This document shows, piece by piece, positions 1-10,933 of a DNA stretch of 64,000 bases; position 1 is the stretch's first letter; the number at the start of each line of letters is the position of its first letter. The notes below the pieces were generated by a model. The model was given only the letters and a program-made list of their open reading frames with translations. It was not told the DNA's origin and did no database searches. The DNA comes from Malacoraja senta (taxonomy: Eukaryota). Made by a program: the position numbers and the translations under genes. The stretch is from the NCBI GenBank assembly GCA_038087875.1, contig JAXLNO010005613.1:1-64000 (forward strand). The letters run 5' to 3'.

Positions 1-697
1 AGACAGGACGTTGGAACAAACGAGGGCCTTACAATGCCACTGGCCTCTCCTCACTCCAGGAATGTCTGCTCTGACACTGGTCTCCCATCTCCTCCAGAAA
101 GTGCTGCCACTTTTCCAGTATATTTCCCACACTTCGCTGCTTGCAAATAACAGCCTTGACTTCTGCTTTCTGTCTCTGCTTCTCTCCTCTCAGCCAATGG
201 CTAGAAACATGTGTAGGAAGGAAGTGCAGTCTGCAGAACTGCAGTCTATCTTGTTTACTCCGAAGATAGACACAAAATGCTGGAGTAACTCGGCGGGACA
301 GGCAGCATCTCTGGATAGAAAGAATGGGTGATGTTTTGGGTCGAGACCCTTCTCAAGAGAGAGTTAGATTTACCTCTTAGGGCTAAGGGAATCAAGGGAT
401 ATGGGGAAAAAGCAGGAACGGGGTATTGATTTTAGATGATCAGCCATGATCATATTCAATGGCTGTGCTGGCTCGAAGGGCCGAATGGCCTAATCCTGCA
501 CCTATTTTATATGTTTCAGACTGAGAGTGGGGGTGGGAGGATGTTTTCAAATTTTCAAACAACTACTGGGTATAATTTGTGCTGATTCAGATTATAACTG
601 TGGCAATTTGGTAAGGAAACTGTGCCAACTTTAACATCTTAGAAACAAAGATCACAGGTTCAAATCCCGTCAGTGCCCATATTTACTTCCTTTAATA

Positions 698-1270
698 GGG
701 TGGCACAGTGGTGCAGCAGGTAGAGCTGCTGCCTCATATACTCGGGTACGATCCTGACCTCAGGTGCTGTCTGTGAAGTTTGCATGTTCTCCCTGTGACC
801 GCGTGAGTTTTGTCCAGGAACAGTCTGAAGAAATTCCACGTCACATCAAGCAACTGGGAGCTCATTGCACTGGACAGGCACTCCTGGAGGAAATCCGTGC
901 AGGAAGGAGCTGCTCGTCACGAAATGAAACTACGCCGTGTCGCAGAGACAAAGCGACAGCACCGTAAGGAGAGAGAGAAGGGGGCACGACAACTACCAAC
1001 CACCGCCAGTCTCCACTGCCCACGTTGCACCAAGGTGTGTGGATCGTGGATCGGCCTCTACAGACATCTGCAGACCCACAAGTGGACGACCCTATGGAGA
1101 GGAGAGGGCAGTCATACTCGTTTCGAGTGACCGCCGATGATGATGATGATTTGTCCAGGTGCTCTGGTTTCCTCCCACATCTCAAAGACATACGTGTTTG
1201 TACGTTAACTCAAGCTAACTAGGTTATCCCACTTTCTTATCTATTCCCTGCACAACAGTGTAATTTACAA
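698..1270 (+). mobile_element. tRNA-derived SINE (HE1/V-SINE-like), interrupted in U1 by an RTE fragment; paralogues near 11853, 21287 and 42073, with the head deleted in U4
   Basis: Head gggtggcacagtggtgcagcaggtagagctgctgcctc with degenerate A/B boxes, followed by a typical core gtttgcatgttctccctgtgacc. Confidence 0.75.
819..1149 (+). mobile_element. 5'-truncated RTE-clade LINE 3' end
   Basis: Encodes a C-terminal zinc-finger-like motif CPRCTKVCGSWIGLYRHLQTH. Has a (GAT)n tail and a 10-bp TSD tttgtccagg at 809-818 and 1150-1159. Confidence 0.85.
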
Positions 1271-2744
1271 AAACTATGGTCAGCATGCACTTGGAGGGCA
1301 GAAGGGCCTGTTTACAGTGGAGAATTAGGGGAGGGCACCATCAATTATGTGTGTTTGCTCTGGGCACTGTGAGCTGTAGATGCTGGTTTACACTGAAGAT
1401 ACACTCAAAATGCTGGAGTAACCCGAAACATCTCGACCTGAAACATCCCCCATTCCTTCTCTCCAGAGATACTGCCTGTCCCGCTGAGTTACTCCAGATT
1501 TTTGTGTCTAACTTTGTTTGATCCGTCTTTAATAAATTTACATTACTTTGTGAAAGGCCACTTTCGCAATGTTTCCACTAGAGGGAGATAGTGAAAGGAC
1601 GTTCCTTTAGGAAGGAGATGAGGAATTTATTTAGTCAGTGGGTGGTGAATCTGTGGGACTCATTGCCACAGACCGCCATGGAGGCCAAGTCAACGGCCTT
1701 ATTAAGGCAGAGATAAATTAATTCTTGATTAGAACGGATGTTTAGCACTGTGGGAGAAGGCACAATGTCCAGTCCCCAACCCCAGTTCTCCCAAAGACGG
1801 CATATTGAGGCCTCTACGGAGGCAGGATGTTCCTGGCCGTTCTCGCCGGGTGCAGTTGCCTGGTGTCGGGAGAGTCCTCGCAGCGGCTGGAACAGCTAAT
1901 CTCCTATTGGAGTCCGTGGCACCTGAAGCCAACAAGGCCGCGCCGATTTGGAGCTCAGAGGCGCCCGATGTTGGAGTCGGCGCCGCCGCCCACGGCTGGT
2001 CGCTCCGCAAGTCCCGCAGCCCGGAGGTGTTGAGCTCGGCGGTCGCAGCTCACCGGAACTCCAGCGCATCGATCCAGCGCGGCGACCCAGGCAAGGCATC
2101 GCCCGCTCCGCTCCGCGATAGCACTCCAGCACTGTGCCGCCACCAAAGCTGAAGGTGCGAGGAAACGCCGCTCCAGGCCCGCTGGTAGGCCGCAAGGATG
2201 GGTCGACGGGGCAGCCCGTAGAAAAAGCCGCCTCACCGACCAGGTAGGGACCTAAAAATAGTTTCCCCCATTGCCCCCCCACGAGAAAAGTCAAATTCCC
2301 CAGGAAAGACAGACATAGTTAACTAAAAACTAAAGCAAAAAGTGAAATTAACGGACGGCTGCTGGTTAGCAGCCGTTCCCCAAGATGACAGGTTTGGAGG
2401 GATATGGACCAAGTGCAGGCAAGTGGGACTAGGGTAGCTGGGACATTGATGGCCGGTGTGGGCGTGTTGGGCTGAAGGGCCTGTTTCCACACTGTATTAA
2501 TCTATGACTATGAGTGCACCAAATACACCAGATATTGGGCTAAAACGCATCAGGAGAGGAGTACATGGACAGGTTCAGAATAGGATACAACAGATACTGA
2601 AGAGTCAACACCAGCACCTGATCCAAAACGCGTAAGTCCGAGGGCCAGACATTGCAGGAAATCCCACGGGGCCGGGTATTGGAGGAACACACCTCGGGGA
2701 AAAGACATTGGGGACATGACCAGACCATGGTAGGCCTCCGTGGA

Positions 2745-3600
2745 GTGTTGCAGAGCAGAGGGATCTAGGAGTACAGGTGCATGGTTCATTGAAGGTGGAG
2801 TCACAGGTAGATAGGGTGGTCAAAAAGACTTTTGACACATTGGGTTTCATCAGTCTGAGTATTGAGTATAGAAGTTGAGAGGTCATGTGCGAATTCTCTG
2901 CCTCAGAGGGCGGTGGATGCAGGTTCTCTGGATACTTTCAAGAGAGAGCTAGATAGGGCTCTTAAAGATAGCGGAGTCAGGGGATATGGGGAGGAGGCTG
3001 GAACGGGCTCCTGATTGTGGATGATCAACCACGATCACATTGAATGGCGGTGCTGACTCGAAGGGCCGAATGGCCTACTCCTGCACCTATTGTCTATTGT
3101 CTATTATATAAGTCATTGATGGGACCACATTTAGAGTATTGTGCTCAGTTCTGGGCACCATGTTATTGGGAAGATGTCAACAAGCTGGAAAGGGTACGGA
3201 GAAGATTCATGAGGATGTTGCCAGGATTTCAGGGTCGGCTATAGGGAAAGGTTGAGTATGCTGGGACTCTAATCCTTGGAGCGCAGGAAGATGAGGGGTG
3301 ACCTTATAGAGGTGTACAAAATCATGAGAGGAATAGATTGGGTAGATACACAGAGTCTTTTGGCCAGAGTAGGGGAATCGAGGACCAGAGGACATAGGTT
3401 CAAGGTGAAGGGGAAAAGATTGAATTGGAATCTGAGGGGTAACTTTTCCACACAGAGGGTGGTGGGTGTATGGAATGAGCTGCGCGAGGAGGTAGTTGTG
3501 GCTGGGACTATCCCAATATTTAAGAAACAGTTGGACAGGTACATTGATAGGACAGGGTTGGAAGGATGTGGGCCAAACACAGGCAGGTGGCACTAGTGTA
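2745..3600 (+). mobile_element. Cluster of decayed CR1 LINE 3' fragments (present in all five units)
   Basis: Translations LVRPHLEYC-like and RGDLIEVYKIMRGID...RTRGHRFKVKG...FSTQRVVGVWNEL match the CR1 ORF2 C-terminus. Confidence 0.88.
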
Positions 3601-3621
3601 GCTGGGACATGGAAACAATTC

Positions 3622-3925
3622 ATGAAATCAATATTCATACTGCTGGGTTGTAAGCTGTGCAAGTGAAATATGAGACGCTGTTCCTCCAATTTGTGTTTCA
3701 TCTCACTCTGACAGTGGAGGGGGCCCAGGACAGAAAGGTCGACGTGGGAATGGGATGGGGAATTAAAGTGTTTGGCAACCGGGAGATCAGGTTGGTCCAG
3801 GCAGACTGAGCGAAGGTTTTCAGCGAAACTATCGCCCAGTCTACGTTTGGTCTCGCAGATGTGTAAGAGTCCACACCTTGAGGTTGATGAGGTTGGAGGA
3901 GGTGCAAGTGAAGTGAACTAACATT
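3622..3925 (-). mobile_element. Penelope-like element GIY-YIG endonuclease C-terminal fragment (paralogues near 19900-20200, 27000-27300, 40684-40985, 48100-48405)
   Basis: Minus strand reads GLLHICETKRRLGDSFAE...HCQSEMKHKLEEQRLIFHLHSLQPSSMNIDF, matching the PLE motif YIGETKRRLGDRFAEH...KLEEQHLIFRLGSLQPSGMNIDF. Confidence 0.82.
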
Positions 3926-4631
3926 TATTTCCCGTCCACAACCGCTTTTGAACTGGATGTTTCCCTGGGCCATTTCAGAGCTGATAAGGGTCGGCTACAT
4001 GACTGGGGGCCTGGAGTCACATAACGAGACCAGGTAAAGTCAACAGATGCTCTTCCCTGAAGCTTACAGTCATGGGTTTAGACACCAATGGTAGACAAAA
4101 ATGCTGGAGAAACTCAGTGGGTGAGGCAGCATCTATGGAGCGAAGGAATAGGTGACGTTTCGGGTCGAGACCCTTCCTCAGACTGATGTGTGGGTGGGGG
4201 TAAGAAGAAAGAAAGAGACGGAGACAGTGGGCTGTGGGAGAGCTGGGAAAAGGAGGGGAAAGAGGGAGAAAGCAAGGACTACCTGAAATAGCGATATGAA
4301 CATTGATTTTTTAATATTTTTTTATTGGAGATATGTACACAGCCTAGTTACATCATTACAGTCTTACATTTTTAAATTGATAATATTGTCAATTATTATT
4401 ACATTGTCTCCAATACCTTTTGCCTTTTTTTTTTAACTAAATAGAACTAAAGAGAGAGATGAAGTAAAGAAAGAAAAGAAAGAGAAGAAAAACAACAAAA
4501 AAAATAAAATAAAAAAAAATAAAAAAGATAGTTAAAGAAGAATGGAAAAATTTATTAAAATAGAAAACTTCATTCGAGATATATTCGTACATTTCTAAAT
4601 ATAGCATTTCATCCATTCTTTAGCCCGGGTG

Positions 4632-7600
4632 CTAGTCAGGTTCCTGTGCTGAACTGTTCTGACCCTTTAAGTAATCAATAAAAGGAGACCATGTTCCAAC
4701 GAATAATTCCTGTTTGTCCAACAGGGAGAATCTGATTCTTTCCACGTTTAAGGTCTCCGTCATTTCTATAATCCACATTTTGATTGTGGGGGTCGTAGGG
4801 CCTTTCCAAAATTTTAGAATTAATTTTTTTCCTGTTATTAAACTATAATCAATAAAGTTTCTTTGTGTTGTTCTAAATGTTTGATTTAATTCTAATATTC
4901 CAAGTATTATTAATTTTGGATCTGGGTCCAATTGTGTGCTGGTTACTTTAGATATTATACTGAAAGTATTTACCCAGAATTTTTTAATTTTTATACAGTT
5001 TGCAAACATATGAGATAAGGTAGCTTCTAAATGTTGACATTTATCACATATAGGTGAGATATGTTGAAAATTTTTATGTAGTTTTGTTTTTGAATAATGT
5101 AACCTATGTATTACTTTATATTGTATTAGAGAATGTCTGGCGTTTAATGAACATTGATGTATGTGTTGCAAACTTTCTTCCCAAGTATCTTTCGTTATTA
5201 TTTGATTTAATTCTTTTTCCCATGTTTGTCTGTGTAAGTCCGTCGATGGAATGTCACTGTCTAATAAGATATTATATATATAAGATATTAATTTTTCTGT
5301 ATTAGGATGTTTGTTCCAACATTCATCAAGAATTTCTGTATTTCTAATTCGAAAATTTTGAGTATTCGATTTTACATAATCTCTAAGTTGAAGATATCTG
5401 AAATAATCATTTCCTCGAAGTCCATAAGTCTGTTGCAACTCCTGAAATGTCAGAAAAGTGCCTTCCTTGTAAAGTTGTCCCATATTTTTAATTCCATAAT
5501 TCTTCCATTGTGTAAAACCCCCGTCCAACCATGAAGGCTTAAACAAAGGGTTATTCACAATTGGAAGAAAAAGTGATAAATTATCTAATTTTAATGTCTT
5601 TTTTAATTGTTTCCAAATTCGTATAGCACTAAATATTATAGGGTTTTCCCTATAATTTTTTTTGTTTAATTTAGACGTTGCAAATAATATCGAGCCGATA
5701 TCAAAAGGTAAACAATCTTCCTTTTCCATTTTTAACCAGTCTGGTTGATGATCTATTTCTTCCAACCAGAAATTCATATTTTTAATATTAACTGCCCAGA
5801 AATAAAACAAAAAGTTGGGTAAAACCAAACCTCCTTTTATTTTTGATTTACACAAATGTCTTTTGTTTATCCTATGATTCTTATAATCCCAGATAAAATC
5901 ATTAACAATAGAGTCCAGTTTTTTAAAAAAGTTTTTTGCCAGATATATCGGAATTGTCTGAAAAAGGTATAATATTTGCGGTAAAAAAATCATTTTTATG
6001 GCATTAATTTTGCCAACCATTGAGATAGGAAGTGTTTTCCAGTATTGAATATTCTTATGTAGTTTATTCAGTAATGGTGGAAAATTTGCTTTAAATAATG
6101 ATGTATATATCTTAGTTACATAAATACCTAGATATTTAAATTTTTCCTTTACTATTTTAAATGGAAATTGTTGTATTATCTGTTTGTTATGTTCCCTTAT
6201 TGGCATAATTTCACTTTTATTCCAATTTATTCTGTATCCTGAAAGTGAACCAAATTGGGTTATTAGCTTTAATAAGTTTGGAATACTAATTTCTGGTTTT
6301 GTAATGTAAATTAATACATCATCTGCGTATAGAGAAATTTTATTCACTGTGTCCTTTGTGTTATATCCGTGTATTTCCGGATGCCCCCTGACTCTTTCTG
6401 CAAGTGGCTCAATAGCAAGCGCAAATAATAATGGAGATAACGGGCATCCTTGTCTACAACCTCTAGATAGGCTAAATTTAGATGACAACCTTTGGTTTGT
6501 AAATATTCTAGCCGTGGGATTTGTATATAACAGTTTTATCCATGTACAGAATTTCTCCCCTAGCTGCATATTTTCCATCACCGAAAATAAATAAGACCAT
6601 TCCACCTGATCAAATGCTTTTTCAGCGTCAAGTGAGATTATTGCTAGATCTTCATTAATAATTCTCTTGGAATATATAATATTAAATAATCTTCTTAGAT
6701 TATAATATGAGTACCGTTTCTGAATAAAGCCTGTTTGGTCAGGGTGTATTAATTTATTCATCACTGTACTTAATCTATGCGCTAGTATTTTAGTTAATAT
6801 TTTCTGATCTGTATTTAAAAGTGCAATTGCTCTATAAGATCCCGGGTCTTCCGGATCTTTATCAGCTTTAGGAATAAGTGTTATTATAGATTCATTTAAA
6901 GTGTCTGGAAGTTTCTGTTGAGTATAGATATACTCATACAGTCTTTGTAAACGTGGGCAAAGCAAATCATAATTTATTTTATAAAATTCGGAGCCTAAAC
7001 CATCTGGTCCTACTGCTTTACCATTTTTTAAAGAGCCAATAGACTCCTCAATATCTTTTATAGTAATCTCCCTTTCTAATAATTCTCTATCGTTTGAATC
7101 TAAACCTTTTAAATTACATTTTAGTAAAAAATCTGCTATTCCTTCTGTTTGTCCTACGGTTTTAGTTGAATAAAGGTTATGATAGTATTGGAGAAATCTA
7201 TCATTTATGTCCTTGGGCATTTTTAATAATTCTCCTGTCTCTGTTCTAATTTTATGAATTACTTTTTCCCCTTCCATTTTTCGTAACTGACGTGCTAATA
7301 GTTTTTGTGGTTTGTCTCCAAATTCAAAATGTAATTGTTTGGTTTTTTGATAAAGTTTTATTACTTGTTCTGAATACATTTAATTTAATTTATATTTCAA
7401 TACAGCAATTTTATTATGTTTTAAAATAGATGGCATTCTCGCATTTTCTATATCTAGTTGCTTGATTTCACTTTCCAATGTTTGTTGCTTAATCCTGTTC
7501 TCTTTATTATAAAATGCTTGAGCGGAAATTAATGTACCTCGAACAAACGCTTTAAACGTTTCCCACATAAGAGAAGTAGGTGTGTCAGGGTTGTCATTTA

Positions 7601-8445
7601 CCTCAAAAAATATTTGAATCTGTTTAATAATATATTCCTGGCATGATCTTTCGTTCAAAATTTGTGGGTTGAATCTCCAATATGTTTGTTTCTCAGACAT
7701 TCCATTTAATTTAATCATGAATGTTACAGGTGCGTGATCTGAGATTATAATGTTATGATATTTTGAATTATAAATAAATGGAATAAACATAGTCAACTAA
7801 AAAATAATCTATTCTTGAGTATGTTTTATGTACTGGGGAGTAAAATGAATATTCCCGTCCAGTTGGGTTTTCTATTCTCCAGACATCCTTAATATTATTG
7901 GTATTAATAAATGAATTTAGAAATACACTTGATTGAGATTTTACTTTTTTTTGCCTTGATGATCTATCTAAGTATGAATCTAATGTACAATTGAAGTCTC
8001 CTCCAATTATTAATTTATATTGTGTAAATTCAGGAATTTTATTAAATGTTTTATTAAAAAACATGGGGTTATCAAAGTTAGGCCCATATACATTAAGAAG
8101 AATCACTTTTTCTCCATTTAACTCTCCAACTAATATAATATATCTACCATCAATATCCACTATTGTTGAAGAGGTCGTAAAAGGTATTCCTTTACGAATT
8201 AATATTGCAACTCCTCTGGACTTATGGGAAAAAGAGGAATGATATGATTCAGCGATCCACTTAGCTTTAAGTCTATGTTGAGATTCCTTTTTAAGGTGTT
8301 TTTCTTGGAGAAATATTATATCTGTTTTGATTAAGTTTAGATGTGCCAAAACTTTACCTCTCTTAATTGGTTCATTGATTCCCTTGACATTCCAACTACA
8401 AAATGTTATTCCCTGACCCCCTCTTGTCATATTAACATCTTGCAT
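4632..8445 (-). pseudogene. L1-A ORF2 (APE endonuclease + reverse transcriptase), broken by one frameshift and one nonsense codon
   Basis: Track ORFs 7768-8490, 7380-7796 and 4632-7379 join into one ORF2 with SWNVKG, GGDFN, YSRIDYF, ISDHAP, LYADD and CDKC...H...C. Frameshift near 7790; in-frame TAA at 7380-7382 where L1-B has K. Confidence 0.93.
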
Positions 8446-9453
8446 ATTGTTTCTAAGGTGGTCTATAGCCGAGCAGAAGGTACAACACATAAAACCTGAC
8501 CCTGCTACCGAACTTCAGATAGATGAATTTAAAATCATATACATCGCTCTTCCGAACACATCTCCTTGTATTAGACTTGTTTTTCCATTCAAACATTAAG
8601 TTATAAAAATATTTAAAGTGAAAAAAGTGATAGAATTGATTAGTAAAGGGTGAAAGAAAAAGAACTACATCTACAATTAGTGTAGTTAGTGATAGCCACA
8701 CTAACGTGGCTAGAATTCTAAAGACTTCCGTAGCCTTTGTAAGAAAAAAAAATTCCCAGCTCCGTGCCCGAAGAAAAAGAAAGAGTATTTCTAACATTCA
8801 AATAACTTCTTTGGGAGTAACAAACTTATATACATACCCATACATACACACACACAATATACATACATATATATATGTATATATACCCATGTGCATACAT
8901 ACATAAGCACGTATCCCTGCAGAAAAGTTCAGGAATAGCAAAAATTCACAACGTTATTATTCTCTACATATCATATTAATTTCTTCGCTAAATCTATAAA
9001 TTTAATTTTAAATTGAAAAATAAAGAGGAAAACCGTCAAGTTTTATTATGACGTAGGCTTATTTACCTCTTGCATATCCTCTTATATAATATAAGTATGT
9101 AATTCATTTCTACGTTAATCAAAGACTATTAATTATTAATCATTGTTATCAATCATATACAGTATTAAATTTTTATGAGAAATGTTAATGTTAATAATTT
9201 TAGTTGTAATATGGATATTTAATAAGTATTAGTTGTTACATATATAGTTAGATATGAATATACAGATAATAATAATGATTAGTAAAAAAAAAAAGTAAAA
9301 AAAAAAAAAAAATACAAAGATCACGGTTTTCTCCAATGTCCTCCGTCCATTTCGGTTTTCGAATGTCCTTAAAGCTCTTAAAAGAACTTTAAAGGTCCTT
9401 TTAGATCTGGCGGTCCTGTTAGTCCTTGACTCCTAGGGAGTAAAGTAAATTCT

Positions 9454-10497
9454 TCAGTCTACGGTCGTGTTCCCGATTTCTTTGGCGTATTCCAGTGCTT
9501 TTTCATGGTCTGTAAAAAATTGCTCCTTGGACTTGTAGGTGACTCTTAGTCTTGCGGGATAAAGCAGGCCGTATCTCAAACCAGGTACATTCTTCAGTAT
9601 TCTTTTTGTCTCAGTGAACAGCGCTCTTTTCTTGAAGACTTCTGCCGGATAATCTCGGTAAATACTGAATCTCACACCTTCAAAAAGGAGCAGTCCGCCT
9701 CGAACAATTTTCTTCATTATATCGTCAAATTCATGATCCAGCTGCACCTTTACGATGATTTGTCTTGGATGGGCATCATCTTGTGTACGACGTCGCTGCG
9801 CTCTATGAGCTCGACCGAGTGAAGGTTTGTGATCCAATTTTAAGGCTTTTTGTAATAGGTCTGCCACAAAGTCCCGAGAGCCCATTTCCTTCTCACTTCC
9901 TTCTTTCACCCCTACAATTCTTAGGTTCTTACGTCTTTGACGTCCCTCCAAATCGGTACATTTATCACTTAATTTGATCACCATATCGGAGAGGCGTTGG
10001 TTTTCAGTAAGGAGTCGACTTACAGTTTCCGCACTTGTCGCCGCCCATTTCTCAAGTTCGGTTATCGCTGTTCTATGTTGATCAAGTTCGTGATGAATGG
10101 GGGCCACATCCATATTGACGTTCGCTTCCACCGAAACGAGCCTGGTTTCCAGCGCTTCCATCTGATCCTTGACTTCTTCCTCCGTCGTCCTTTTCCAGAT
10201 TTCCAGTATTTGTTGAACGGTAGAAAGCATTTCTGCTTTAAAATCTACCTTAAAAGAGTAAAGATCCTCTTTAAATTTCTCTCCAAAATTCTCTCCAAAG
10301 GTTTTCAATTCGGCAACGAGAAAAGTTTTAAGATCCTCCATTTCAGACTTTTTCTGTTTTGTTTTCTTCGGAGGGTCTTCCTGGGGCGTCGTTGTAACTG
10401 AGGCCGAGGCCTCTGTAGGGCCTTCCTCTTCCGTCTGCAGTTTCCCTTTAACGGCTTTTTTTTGTGTCACACGGGTGGGGGTACGTGGTAACGACAT
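9454..10497 (-). CDS. L1-A ORF1 protein (coiled coil + RRM + CTD), intact
   Basis: Motifs DLEGRQRRKNLRIVGVKEG, IYRDYPAEVFKKR and YGLLYPARLRVTY are typical of L1 ORF1p. First ATG at 10497 (the track starts at a GTG at 10527). Confidence 0.92.
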   Translation of the reverse strand: MSLPRTPTRVTQKKAVKGKLQTEEEGPTEASASVTTTPQEDPPKKTKQKKSEMEDLKTFLVAELKTFGENFGEKFKEDLYSFKVDFKAEMLSTVQQILEIWKRTTEEEVKDQMEALETRLVSVEANVNMDVAPIHHELDQHRTAITELEKWAATSAETVSRLLTENQRLSDMVIKLSDKCTDLEGRQRRKNLRIVGVKEGSEKEMGSRDFVADLLQKALKLDHKPSLGRAHRAQRRRTQDDAHPRQIIVKVQLDHEFDDIMKKIVRGGLLLFEGVRFSIYRDYPAEVFKKRALFTETKRILKNVPGLRYGLLYPARLRVTYKSKEQFFTDHEKALEYAKEIGNTTVD

Positions 10498-10933
10498 ACC
10501 GTAAAGTAGCGCGCCTGATGACGTCACGCAGGCAGCCGTTCAGATCGCGATCGCTGCAGGTAAGACCCGATTTTCTCCCGTTTTTAGTTTCTTCGGCACG
10601 GAGCTAGTTGGCGCTGGACTCAAGCCTCCATAGCGCCACCGGAAGTCTCTGAGCGAAGGTTTTCAGCGAAACTATCGCCCAGTCTACGTTTGGTCTCGCA
10701 GATGTGTAAGAGTCCACACCTTGACGTTGATGAGGTTGGAGGAGGTGCAAGTGAAGTGAACTAACATTTATTTCCCGTCCACAACCGCTTTTGAACTGGA
10801 TGTTTCCCTGGGCCATTTCAGAGCTGATAAGGGTCGGCTACATGACTGGGGGCCTGGAGTCACATAACGAGACCAGGTAAAGTCACCAGATGCTCTTCCC
10901 TGAAGCTTACAGTCATGGGTTTAGACACCAATG

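Larger units (their letters stand above)
4310..10648 (-). mobile_element. Full-length L1-clade non-LTR retrotransposon (L1-A), about 6.3 kb
   Basis: 5' end agacttccggtggcgc, ORF1, AT-rich inter-ORF spacer of about 1 kb, ORF2 with EN, RT and CCHC, then AATAAA plus an A-rich tail at the left junction. Confidence 0.96.

Noticed and set aside
130-150. Ig octamer promoter (ttgcaaat) with nearby CCAAT
   Set aside because: One mismatch to ATGCAAAT and no leader or V exon downstream.
698-780. tRNA gene
   Set aside because: Only a degenerate tRNA-derived SINE head; no full cloverleaf or anticodon arm.
1252-1275. RSS-like cac...acaaaaact in each SINE tail
   Set aside because: The nonamer-like ACAAAAACT is only 9 nt from the nearest CAC, the heptamer is poor and no V, D or J coding segment is adjacent. 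It is ordinary SINE 3' sequence.
1729-2294. Overlapping GC-rich ORFs repeated in each unit
   Set aside because: A GC-rich LINE 3' UTR with few stops; frames are broken differently between units and show no protein motif.
5054-10401. Plus-strand ORFs within L1-A (likewise within L1-B, L2 and CR1)
   Set aside because: Antisense shadows of the retroelement ORFs.
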